Shown here in pieces: positions 50,959 through 62,469 of a DNA stretch of 64,000 bases. The translations under genes were made by a program, and so were the position numbers. This DNA is from Curvularia clavata (taxonomy: Eukaryota): NCBI GenBank assembly GCA_023920165.1, contig CP089277.1, forward strand, positions 434,001-498,000, read 5' to 3'. Every line of letters begins with the position of its first letter. Positions within the stretch are counted from its first letter, which is position 1. The notes under the pieces were generated by a model, which made no database searches, was not told the DNA's origin, and saw nothing but the letters and a program-made list of their open reading frames with translations.

Positions 50959-53900
50959 TCACATCCAGAACATGGTATCATCTAGTTCCTTAGCCCAAGG
51001 ACCAGGGCCGTCCTTACGAACCTTATGCCACTCCTGAACTGCGCGATTCAACACTTCCTTCGCCAGCAAACCCTGTACAAACCTTTCATGCTCTCTCTCC
51101 ACCGCAACCTCCTCTGTCCCCTTCCTAGGTGTACTCTTCCCAGGCTGCGGAGCCGCTGGCATCAAGCTCGCCTTCCGGTTAGCTAAACGCTTCTGATTCC
51201 CCTGCCTGATGGTGTTCGAAGCGGCCAGATACCAATTGTACTCGGCACTGCCTTTGTCCGGACTGAACCAGTTTCTCATGTACGCCCGACCACGATCGCA
51301 AAGTCGATCGGCGTAGTATGCTGGAGGTGGATACGAAACTCCAACGGTTGCACGCGCGTACGTGTAGCAAAGCTTGTATGTCAGTTCCTGGAGCTCCGTG
51401 TCTTTGAAGCCGATTTCATTCGCGATGATCATGTAGTGCGTTGGTATGGCTGTACCTTTGAGCCCGTGGTGTGACTGAAGGTAGAAGTCGGCGTAATGGG
51501 GTGATGTGATTGCGCGGTCGACAAGAGTGCCGGGATTGCAATTACCGTTTTTGGCGGCGACAGAGGTGGCGGGGAAGAAGCGCGTTGAGTGCCGTTTGAC
51601 GGCGACGACGACAGTGATTTGGACGTTGGGACAGCCGGCGGCTTCGCATGCGGATCGAATTTGCGGGAGCTCTTCGTCGCGGACTTGTGGGAATTGGCCA
51701 GTGCTGACGCCGTCACGGTAATACAGGATTTTCTTGGGAAGGACTCGAGTCGCGCGGAAGTAGGCCTGGATTCGCTCAGAGACCATGGCTTCGAGGTCGT
51801 CGATGATCTGGAAATCTGAGTTAGCCGGCACCTGGAAATCTGGATGCTCACTTGAACGTTACCTCTTTCTTGCATGTCCGCTGGAGTCTCATAGAGCCGC
51901 GAAACTTGATTGCGCTGGAGTCAATGGAGCCAACAACGGCAGCAATGGATGGACATCCTGTCAGTGAGCCACTGCCCGGGTGAGTGACATCTGCTCCGAG
52001 AACCAAAGTTCCTTGTAAAGCAGCCTGGAGTTGTGACTTGGGATTCGTTCCAAACTGAACTTTGTGATTGGTGCCACCAAATTTGAGGTTCACCTTCATC
52101 ATGATATTGGCCATGTACTGGGTAATCTGGGTGTTGCACCTCCCTTTAAAGTTTGGAGCTTGAGTCATGCAGAGGGACTGCATAGCCTCGTAGCGGTCCA
52201 CGACGTCTTTAAAAGCAGAGTACGCCGGAATGCTCTTGTTCTTCAGCAACAGAATGACAAAATCGGCTTGGGGAAACTTCTTCTTCATGTTCTGCAGTGG
52301 GGTTCGGATTTTCGCCTTGATGGCATCGTACGGTATCCCTCGGACACCCTGGATGTACCCAAATGCCAGGCGACTTGCGCCGCTGCAGATGTTGTATGAG
52401 CCAAGTAGAGTGTTGAAAGCCGTCGTGTAAATGTTGACAGTGTTTTCGCGGTCGCTCATGTCATCCTCCACAAGCAAAAGGTAATTGATCCGCTTTTTGG
52501 ATGCAGCGCCGGGCGATTCGGCAAAATTGCGGAGCTTCCCAAGATTCCATTGCGCTTTATCGTTCGGTCTCGCGGTGGGAGTCTCTTTTCCGTACGAGAT
52601 CACGATGGGTTGCATTTGTGCGGACGGTATCTTGAGCATCATAGGCTTGATGAGGAGCTGGGGACAGCCAGGCTAAAGCAAGTTATTTGTTAGTTCGCCC
52701 TTAAGCTGATTATGGAATAACACTCACAAGTGCCTGTTCCTTCTGGTTGGGGTCGAGCCCAAGACTCTGCATTCCCTCAATCTCGATCAAGCGTCGGGTC
52801 TGAGCGGGAACGTGCGCTGCCATTGACAACATATCGTCAATGAGCCGCTCCGGAAGAAGTTTCTTGTAGAGTTGGTACGGTAAGATGCGTAAATACTCCC
52901 GAGGATAGTAGACCGGATCCTTCTCGTTGCCAACATTGATGGCCTCGAGGTTGGGGTTGAAGTCTTTCCCAAACACTTCTCTCAAATGTTGCTCAACACG
53001 CTTGCGTTTCTGGGGATCAGCTGCATTTGAGAACGTCATGCTCGGGTCATTGAACTTCCTGCCAAATCCAAAGATGGTTTTGACGCGGTTCGAGGTCTTA
53101 TTGAGACGATCAATCTGATCTTGATTGGCCGGGACCGGCTTGCGGTCATACATCACGTACACGCGCAGAGTCTTGAGAAGCCGATGCTGTTCATCCGGAC
53201 TGAAGGTTCTGTCGGCCAGGAACTCGCCGACTGTGATATCGTTAAAGAATGCGCTAGTCGCAGGGTTGACGTTGAGAAGGATCTTCTGCATCCCTGGCTT
53301 GATCGTGAAATAGTAGCCTCGGATTGCGCACAGTGATTTGAGTGATCCGTTGCCACCCAATATCATGGCGCCACATTTCACGAAGAACTTGTTACTGGAT
53401 TGCTGAAAGACCTTGGAAGTCAGGCTGTTGGCGATAGCAAGGTTGAGTGCGCTGATAATGGGGCTGACGTTGAAGTCCGGATCGCTTCCGTTGCGGCTCG
53501 CATCCATGTAAGCATGCAGTCCATCCAGATCGAGTTCCCGATGGAACTTGATGAAGAGTTGAACTCTCTCACTTCCATCTGCAAAAGCCTCGGGCTGCCA
53601 TACGGCGCCAGCGTAAGTGCCATCATCTCCAGGAATGATGGGCTGGTACCCGAGTGACTCGTGGAGGTTCTTCCATGCGATAATGGTCTTGATGCGATCA
53701 GTGGCGTAGTACTGCCGATTGTTCCTGAGCATATCCCATGTATCTTCAGCAGTCTTGAAGATATAATGGGCTTTGCGCTTGCTCTTGCCAGCAGGGATCT
53801 TGAGAATCTCGTACACGAAGAAGTGGGTGTTGGGTTTGAAACTGACTTCGAAGTGATTGGTAAAGACCTCTGACGACGTCGAAGCAAAGTCTTTCCGCAG

Positions 53901-54500
53901 GGGAAATTGGGCTTCCTTCGCTTTGCTGAGGACGAGCTTGGGTTGGAATGCGACGCCTGAACCATCAGACTTTCCTTGCACCTCGGCGAATGGTACGGCA
54001 TGTGTGTCCACCGGATCTGCCTGAGTGACCGAGAGAACCTTCTTGAGACCAACGACCGAGCGATCAACTGACTGAAGAATGCGATTCAACGTGGCATCCT
54101 CATCTGCGGCTGCGGCTGTGTCTTTGGCTGGATCCGTCACCACCGCTTTGGCTGGAGCCTCGACTGCCCCTTTTGCTGAGCTCTCCGCCACATCCTTGAC
54201 CTGATCTTCCAAGTTGACCTTTGCCAAAGCTTCCGCAGTCGCATCCGCGGATGCTTTCGCCGCTGGTTCCTGGTATCGCGGCTTCTTTGCCTTGCGGAAC
54301 CTGACAATAGCCTGACGAGCAGCATTGGCTTTGCCTACACCGTAGATTTTTGCGAGTGGTGAGTCCATGCCAGCAATAACGTTGAGTTTCGGACAATCTC
54401 CATCATACGCATCGTGACCGCTGATGCCACAGATGACGCAGGGGTCATCATTCATGTGGCGAAGGAGAGATGCCTCGGTCATACGCTCGAAGTCGCTCAT
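50959..54500 (-). CDS. Argonaute (N, L1, PAZ, MID, PIWI), divergent paralog; introns 52673-52727 and 51808-51862
   Basis: TNHFEV, RGYYFTIKPG...LLNVN, YYPREYLRI, NIMMKVNLKFGGTNH, LVLGADVTHP, YYRDGVS.GQF, KRHSTRFFP, DFYLQSH.GLKGT, GVSYPPPAYYADRLC; ends TMFWM. Confidence 0.95.
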
Positions 54501-55152
54501 GGTAAGGTTCGGGGTTGCCAACTGGGGGTGGATTTGGACGAATAGAGAAGAGAGGGAAATAATTCAGATCGACAATGACTTATTCAGATAGTATTGACGA
54601 ATTAGTGGATGGGCTTCGTGATGAAAAATGGAAACCTGTAGATGCCTACCTAAATATTATCTCGACGAGACGTGTCGCATCCTTGGTTTGCGGTATTACC
54701 GCCTGGGTGGAAACTGACAAAGGATGCCTGCATACACAAACAAGGAGTGCAAACAACTTGCAACCGCTGTAATGTATGCCTGACGCAGCCAACCATGGCA
54801 CACAAACCCGAAAAGAGTGGCGAAGACTATTCGGCAACCGCCGCAAACATTTATTGATCTTTGAAGGTTGAGATCCTCTTTGGTTTGACTTTGTCCGAAG
54901 CTGTCGGGATACTTAGTTTGCGATGCCAAACGGGAATCGGTCCAAATATGCGAGCAACGAGGGAACGGTTGCCACTCTGTGTTGCTAAAGAAAAAACTGC
55001 ATGCTTTTGTCGAGTAGTTTGTTGGTTTTTGTGGATGACAACAAAGTGTATGAGATATCTCGAACAATGGTATTGATTGGCTGGACCAACTAGCCCGGAG
55101 CGTCTATGAAAACTGCTCCTGATGGACGAAAAATGAAGTGAATTATGCCTGT

Positions 55153-57784
55153 CTACCTCTTTTTGTGCTTCTTCGCTGCCCTCTTCTCGCCCCGAACATC
55201 CTTCTTCAGCCTGGCATCGACCATCTTGTATTTACCCTTGGTACCCTTTGGTCTGTTCTTGATGCCCTTGTTACCTCCTCTGGCCACAACGACACTGACC
55301 TTTTGTTTGGGCTTCTTCTTGGCCGCTCTTGACATCAATCGTGCGATACTTTGAGCCTTTTCCTTCTCTGTCATGCCCTCCTCATCTGCCAAAAGTGCTG
55401 ACTTCTTCTTGAGCTTTTCCAAGCGTTGCGCGGCCTTGTATTTCTTGCGAGCCTGAGCTTCTCGGACCTTCTTGATAGGCCGAGCGTTCAGAGCGCGAAG
55501 CTTCTCTTTGATGGCAGCAGCTGCAGCCGCGGACGTAGGCCGCTGTATCTTGGAATGTTTGTTTTCATCATCGAGGAACCAATCAGGAAGACCATCAACG
55601 TCTCGATGCGAGTAACGGTTGAATGACTCGTCCAGGAGGTCGTGCTTGGTCTTTTTCCCGGTAGCCATTTGGTGAGCGAGTGTCATAGCTTCTGCCGTAA
55701 TGATATCGATGTCTGGTTTACCATTCTTCATAGGCATAGAGTCTTGCTCCCATTGTGTTTCGTCGCGCGCGACTTCTTCAATCTTGTCATCATCATCAGA
55801 CGAATCGTCATCGAACGCTGCCGGTGGAGCAGCGGCCTTGTTGCTTGTTCGAATAGACAACTCCTTCTTGGATGCGGGAGCGGGTGTAGCTGACTCCTCC
55901 TTTGGCTCAGCATCCTCTTCAACATCAATGCCGCTGTCGTCATCCTCCTCAAGGTCGTCAAGTCCGTCGATGCCCTTGAATATGTCTTGATCGAAGAAGC
56001 GCGCTGCGCGCTTCGTGAGCCCTTGCTTAGATGAGCTTTCGCGGTCCAGATCAGTGATTAGTTCTTGCGGTCCTTCCTCTTCATCACTGCTCCAGTCACT
56101 GTCGGCGTCTTGTACGAGCTCTTCGTCATCGCTTTGCTCCTTGTCCTCATCAGAGAAACCATTCCATTCTCCATCATCGTCTTGTTTCCTCGCGCGTTTT
56201 GCCCTGTACTTGGCATCCCGGGAGGATCTCTGCTCAACGTATTCACCGTACATCGCGTCGAGTTCTTGTTCGAGTCGGTCTTCTTCGTCGTCGGTCTCGG
56301 GCTCTTCCTCTTCCTCTTCCTTCTTCTCCTTTTCAACAAGCTGTGCCATCTTTCCTCTAGCAATCTTATTGAGAGCGCCAGCCTTATCGATACTCTTGAG
56401 ACCAAACATGGCGTCTTCGCCAGTCGGGCCAACCTGTTCCAGACCAATGTCGAATGGTGTAGCCATGTTCATTTGTAGTCTGGTAATCTCCTTCTGCCTG
56501 CGTTCATTCTCGATACGACGCTGTTTCTTCTTTGCCTTGTTGTCCTTCTCTTTCAAGCGTTCCAGTTCTTGCTGGATCTGCATCTCTTCGTCCATGGATT
56601 CAACTTCTGCAACCTCTTCACCTTCTTGCGCTTCCTTGGCCTTGTCCTCGTCGGCTTTGTCCTTCTTTGACGAGAAACCAAAAATCTCGCGCACTTTCAG
56701 TCGCCAGCGGAGAAGGCGCTTGAAGTCGGCTCGTCCCAGGACTTTGAGATCAGCGCAACAGTCTCTTATCTCCTTGGTTGTTTCTGGGAGCTTGTCGATG
56801 GTGGCTATGGCGATATCACCGTTGGGCTTTTGATCAAAGCTCAGCTTGCTCAAGCCACCGAGCATGGCAATGGGATCGGTGGTTTGGATGAACTCAGACA
56901 CGGGAGCCTCCTTGAACTGTGTCCAGTCTCCCTCTTCGTAACCCTCACGCTTCCTCTTCTTTTGTTCAGGCTTGAATACCTTGGCCTCGTTGTTAGGCGT
57001 GGGATCTGCGAGCTCGGCGAAGACACTACGGGCGTCAAGAAACTTGGGATCGAGGTGCTTGGGGGCCTTGTAGCCGCGGCAGACGACGAAAATTTCGGCA
57101 GAGACATTTCGAGAAGATGGAGGCTTTGTTGCCTCGACTTTGGTGAAGAGCTGGTTGAAGACCCAGAGCAGCGAGTTGTAATCCTTGGATCTGAAGACCT
57201 TTGTGACGAAAGTTCCACCTTCGATCAGGAATTCGGTTGCCAACTTCATAGATTGCAGCACAAGCTCAGCCTGGGTGAAGGCATCCTGCACCCACGCAGT
57301 TCCGACATTGGGCGCACCATCGTGAAGTACTGTGTCGCACTTGAGATGTTTAAGATGCTGGCGCAGTGTCGCTCGGCACTTATCCGTTGTGATATCGCTT
57401 TGGAAGGTAATGCATCGCGGGATGGGCTTGATTGGAGCGAGATCTACACCGACGATGAGGGAATTTGCAGGCATAACCTGGAAATGTCAGTATAAAGTCT
57501 GGCGCATGGCTTTTTGCATGAGATGAAAAAAATCGCACCTCGGAAGCGACCTGACACCATGATCCAGGAGCGGCGCAAAGATCAATCAAGACCTTGCTCT
57601 TTTCTAGGAAGTTGTACTTCTTGTTCAACTGAATCAACTTGAAGGCGGCACGCGCGCGGTAGCCCTTCTCTTTGGCAAGCTTGTACCACTTGTCAAGACG
57701 ACCTTTTCCATGCTGGTTGTCGATTAGTCATTGCGTGTCGCATGAGTACAGTCAGTATTTGCGCACCTTCTTTTGGATCGCCAT
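55153..57784 (-). CDS. SPB1: AdoMet-dependent 25S rRNA 2'-O-methyltransferase Spb1; introns 57713-57766 and 57478-57538
   Basis: [61 protein letters not shown]-terminal NARPIKKV...YKMVD. Confidence 0.97.
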
Positions 57785-58071
57785 GGCTGCGGTTTGGGGG
57801 TGTCGTGATGGCGCGGGCAAAAGTTCGCCAGAGTAAATTTTGGGATCTCCGACGGCGCTATTGCCGGGCGGTGGCAGAACCACCCGCGCACCCTGAGGCA
57901 CGCTAGTACCATGTAGTGCACGGGACGACCAGCATGCGTCATGGCCAGCCGACGCGTGCCTGGGCCACGGCAAGATGAAGGTAAACCGCCAGCTGCCACA
58001 TGTCCTGTCTGCGCTGATTATCGAGACAGAGGCCTCTCCGCTTGTTCGGCCTGTTTTCCCGCGCTCAAGGG

Positions 58072-60898
58072 ATGAGTCCACGCAAGAAGTCCAAGCCAGA
58101 TGCCCAGGCGCCTGCCGACACCCCCAGCGGGAGCCAAGTCCTGCAAGATGCATCCTCAGATCAGTCGGCAACGAACTCGACTTCTTCGGTTGGCAGTACA
58201 ACTCCTGCCTCGACCGGTTCACAGACTCCCAGGGGTAGAAAGTGGCTTTCAGGCTCAGGCAGCTGGCGGTCCAAGGCTCCCGCTATCGTCCAGACCGCAA
58301 AGGAGAGCATCGGCGTGAGCGGCGGCGCGACCAACGAGCTGCCGGGCGAGGAAGCGAAGAAGCCCAAGGATGAGTCGCCCAAGAAGTTCCTAACCAAGCG
58401 CAGTTCGAGCAAAAGTAACGCCATCCCTGCCGCCATTACACAAATCAACGTCTCTTCGGATGGTCAAGTCGACGAGATGCTCAAACCGAAACCAGATGAG
58501 ACCGAACCCCCATCCACGCCCGCTACCGTTGAGGAGCCACCTTTACCTCCAGAGCCGTCTACATCACAGGCGTCAGCAGCTGCGAGTACGTGGGGGTGGA
58601 GGAGTTGGTGGTCACGGCCAGATGGATACACTGAAGCTGGGAAAGCCACGAATGAGGCAAAAGCGAGTGTCGAAGAAGCCTCTACTACGCCATTGCCTGG
58701 ACCAACTCCTTCAGAAGAGCCAGATTCCCAGACAAAGGGTTTAGATGCCAGTGCCGTACCAGCAAAGACTGATGAGGATGGAGACACTGAAATGAAGGAT
58801 GCTCCCCAAGTATCATCCAACCAAGACGCACAGACAAAGGAAGCCCTACCCTCTACTGCAAAACGCTTGGCAAAGGCGACTTCTGGTTCGTGGTTTTGGA
58901 TGTGGAGCAGCGCGCAGAATGCTCAAGCGAACCCCCCTCCTACAGAACCACCAGTTCAGGAAGGCAGCTCACAGCACCCAAACCAACCCTCTCAAGCAAC
59001 ACCAGAAGCGCCTGTCAAGGCGGTCGAAACGGCCAAAGTAGACGAGATAACATTCGCACAAGAAGCGCCTGCTGCTGCCGAGCCAGCTGCGCCAAGTGAT
59101 CCCGGACCGTCTTCCGCGCAGGCATCAGCATCCTCAAAGCCTTCGGCGTGGGCGTTTTGGTATAGAGGGAAGCCAGAAGAACAAAAGAATCAGGGAGATG
59201 CTGGGCCACACAAGCATGTGGGTGAGGTGGCAGTCTTCGACACCCCTTCGCAATCAAATCCAGAGGCGGCGCAGTTCAACGAGCAGGAACAGCCAAAGTC
59301 GGATCAAGAGACCCCCAAGGAGCCGCAAAAACCCTCTGAAGAGAAAGCGGCAACCAAGAGATCGTTTCCGTCATTACGAGGTCGGCCAAAATCAAAGGCT
59401 GCTGCAAAAGATACTCCAACAGCCACTCCTAGCTCCAGCAAAACGGCCACTCCAACCAGGACCTCTCCAGTGCGCGAGCCTGTGAAACCTGAGACGGCTC
59501 CCGCTCCCCAGCCAGCTCCAAAGCAAGCAAGCAAAGGCAAGCAGGAACCGCCAAACCTTCTGTTGCCAGAGTTCAGAAACACGTACCAAATGGTGCAACA
59601 ACCGACCTTTTGGAAACAGATTCGCCAATATTTTCTCGGGGGCGAGCGTGGCTCCCCTCACCTGCATATCAACCCTGCTCCACCGAGGATCAAGAAGGCT
59701 GTGGCCATCGGTGTCCACGGTTTCTTCCCTGCACCTATTATCCAAAAAGTGCTGGGCCAGCCAACAGGCACATCGATTCGGTTCGCGAATGCCGCTGCCG
59801 CTGCTATTAAAGATTGGACAGAGGCACGCGGATACACTCCAGAAATTGAGCAAATTGCGTTGGAAGGCGAAGGCTTCATTGCCGAGCGTGTAAACTCGCT
59901 GTGGAAGCTTCTGCTTAATTGGATCGACCACATCAAACAAGCAGATTTTATTCTTGTAGCCTGCCACTCTCAAGGCGTGCCGGTTGCGATGATGCTCGTA
60001 GCAAAGCTGATCCAATTTGGTTGCGTCAATGCCACGAGAATCGGAGTGTGCGCAATGGCAGGAATTAACATGGGACCGTTTATCGAATACAAGACCAAGT
60101 ACCTTGGCTCCATCGCCGCGGAACTCTTTGAGTTCACGAACCCTAAGAGCCTAGTGAGCCAGATGTATCTTGCCGCCCTAGACGAGGTTCTAAGGGCTGG
60201 AGTGCGTATACTGTACGTTGGAAGCATTGACGACCAACTGGTATCACTCGAAGTATGACATACCCGATTCTCCTGCATAATCAGTGCTAATACTCTTTCA
60301 GTCATCCACATTCTCAACACTCTCTCACCCCTATATTTACCGCGCTGTCTTCGTAGACGGCCGCATCCACGCCCCCGACTTCCTCACTCACCTCGTTGGC
60401 TTCACGCTCAAACTTCGCAATCTTGGGCTACCCGACCACGGCCTCATCCGAGAGCTGTCTCCTGCGCTAGCCGGCTCTCTCTACGGCGGCGAGGGCCACT
60501 CTCGTGTCTACGAAGACCCGGCTGTATACGCCCTTGCCGTCCAACATGCACTTGAAACAACATCGCTTCCTATTCCATCAAGCAAAGAGCGACCCTCAAC
60601 AGCGGGAAGTTTCCAGGGAATTAACATCCCTATTATTGGCGAGAAGCTGAGCCCAGACAACAAAGAAGACATGTATAAACTTCGAGTCAAGGAGTATGAA
60701 CCCAGCGGGAGTTCCACAAATCCGAATCCGTTTTTCCTGCCGTGGGCTATGAGAGGCCTGCTGGAAGAAGACTTTGTGAAGAAAGAACTTGGGGACGAAG
60801 TCGAGCGCTTGCTGGCCTTGTTCGAGCAGTGGAAGCCTACGGCAAAGCAGCTGAAAGATGTCAAGTTTAGACTCGAGGGTGTGCGAAGTAAGCTGTAG
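58072..60898 (+). CDS. YML020W-like conserved fungal protein (disordered N-half, alpha/beta-hydrolase-like C-domain); intron 60253-60301
   Basis: KKAVAIGVHGFFP...GQPTGTS, ACHSQG nucleophile elbow, GSIDDQLV, GEGHS and NPFFLPWAMRG motifs. Confidence 0.82.
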
Positions 60899-62342
60899 AC
60901 GACGTTTGTTTGTCTTACCCTTGGAATGAGTTTAGCGTCTTGCATTAGAAATTCGTATGCATTTTCGGGGGTTTGGTATAGGAGTTTTACTTGACATGAG
61001 CAGGGCGGCGTTTGAGCAAGATACCATGTACTTGAGAAGCAAAACGCGTATCACTTTTTTTTCAATATACATATTGCCTGATCGTAAATTCTGGAATTTT
61101 TTCTTGTTCACAAGTAACATCGGTTCTTTGTCATGAACTCTCTGGTTTCGAACGAAGCTCGAGATTCGTCTGATAAATTGGGCTATGATTGGCCCTAGCT
61201 GCCGTCATCCTCTTCTTCCGCTCATCATACCAGCACCCCAATCCAGAAAAGCAAGTCGTTAGATATCCAGCGAAACCTAGTTGTCGTCGTAGAAGATCTC
61301 TTTGTACCGGTGCGTCGCCTCCACTACTGCATTTGCCGCATTGAAATCTGTGTTGGCATGTTATATTAGCCCCCCTTGTTCCCAACGATAAAAGCATCAA
61401 GAACAGTAACAGCATACTTCTCTGGTGCGCGAAAAGACGAAAAGGAAAATAACATACCAATGTTCGTGCCAAAATCCGTGGCCGCTTGTACCTTGATGTG
61501 CAAATTCTGATCTACTTTGCCGATGATTTCTACTGCATGACCGACAGTAAGGTGGGAGTCCTGAGTTTTGTGTCAGTGACAATTGATCAGTTTTGGTTGT
61601 CTTCTTGCACTATGCTATTTTCCCCTCCTTATCCCGTTTCTTCCTTTCTCTTTTCGAGCACACCAGCAAGCAGAAACACGTACCCTCGTCAGAATAACAT
61701 CGACTTGACCTCCTGCGTCGATGACCGCCGTCTCGCCACGTAGTTGCACCACTTTGCCCAGCATGCGCACGATGCGATGTTGGAAGTTTGAAAGGTGGGG
61801 GGCTAGGACGCGGGGCGTTTGTGGGTGGTCCATAATTGATTTGAGAGAGTTTCAGCACCAAACAGGATATTGAGTTTCTCAGGCTTAGACAGAAGAGAGA
61901 TGGCTTGAATCTTGGGAGTGGCGGCTGCGAGTAAGTGGTGCAAGGTGTGGAAAGTGAGGGCCTGACGCGTCGCGTGAGGTTAGCGTGGTGCGCTAGCACG
62001 TGATGTCTGAACAAATTATTGTACCAACACACTAAGGCAATGAAGGCCTTTTATTCCTTGTTTTCGAGCTGGCGTTACAGCATCCTAATTCAAGTTAGAA
62101 TGCTCTAGCTCATTTCCAAGCCTTTTGTGTCACACAAGCCCTTCATCTCGTACTATGGTTGCAAGCCTAAGTTGTATGTGGGTCAGATATACGGTTTTTG
62201 CTCTTGACCAGCCAAAACTTCTAGACCAAAGAAAATACAAAGTCGTAATTAGTCTTAGCCTGGTGTTTGATGTGGGCTAACCAGTTAATTTAGCTTAGCC
62301 TCATGGTCCCACATTCCACTAGCAAAAATTTCACACGTAGAC

Positions 62343-62350
62343 AAAAAAAA
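62343..62350 (-). terminator. RNA polymerase III oligo-dT terminator of the 5S gene
   Basis: Run of at least 8 T on the minus strand immediately after the 5S 3' end. Confidence 0.85.
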
Positions 62351-62469
62351 ACATACGACAGCGGGGATTCGCCAGTAGTCACCTACCCGACTACTAATCC
62401 GCCGGTAAACTGCTTAAGTACAATTGATCGAACGGGGAATTCTGCTTTCAGTTTCCTATGGTCGTATGT
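62351..62469 (-). rRNA. 5S rRNA gene (dispersed copy, 119 nt)
   Basis: Minus strand reads ACATACGACCATAGG...CCCCGTTCGATC...GTACTTAAGC...TTAGTAGTCGGGTAGGTGAC...GCGAATCCCCGCTGTCGTATGT. Ends pair as helix I and are followed by a T run. Confidence 0.95.

Noticed and set aside
56015..57495. Long antisense ORFs over SPB1 (likewise over UPF1, PLC1, USE1, Argonaute)
   Set aside because: Shadow ORFs expected from codon bias of the sense genes
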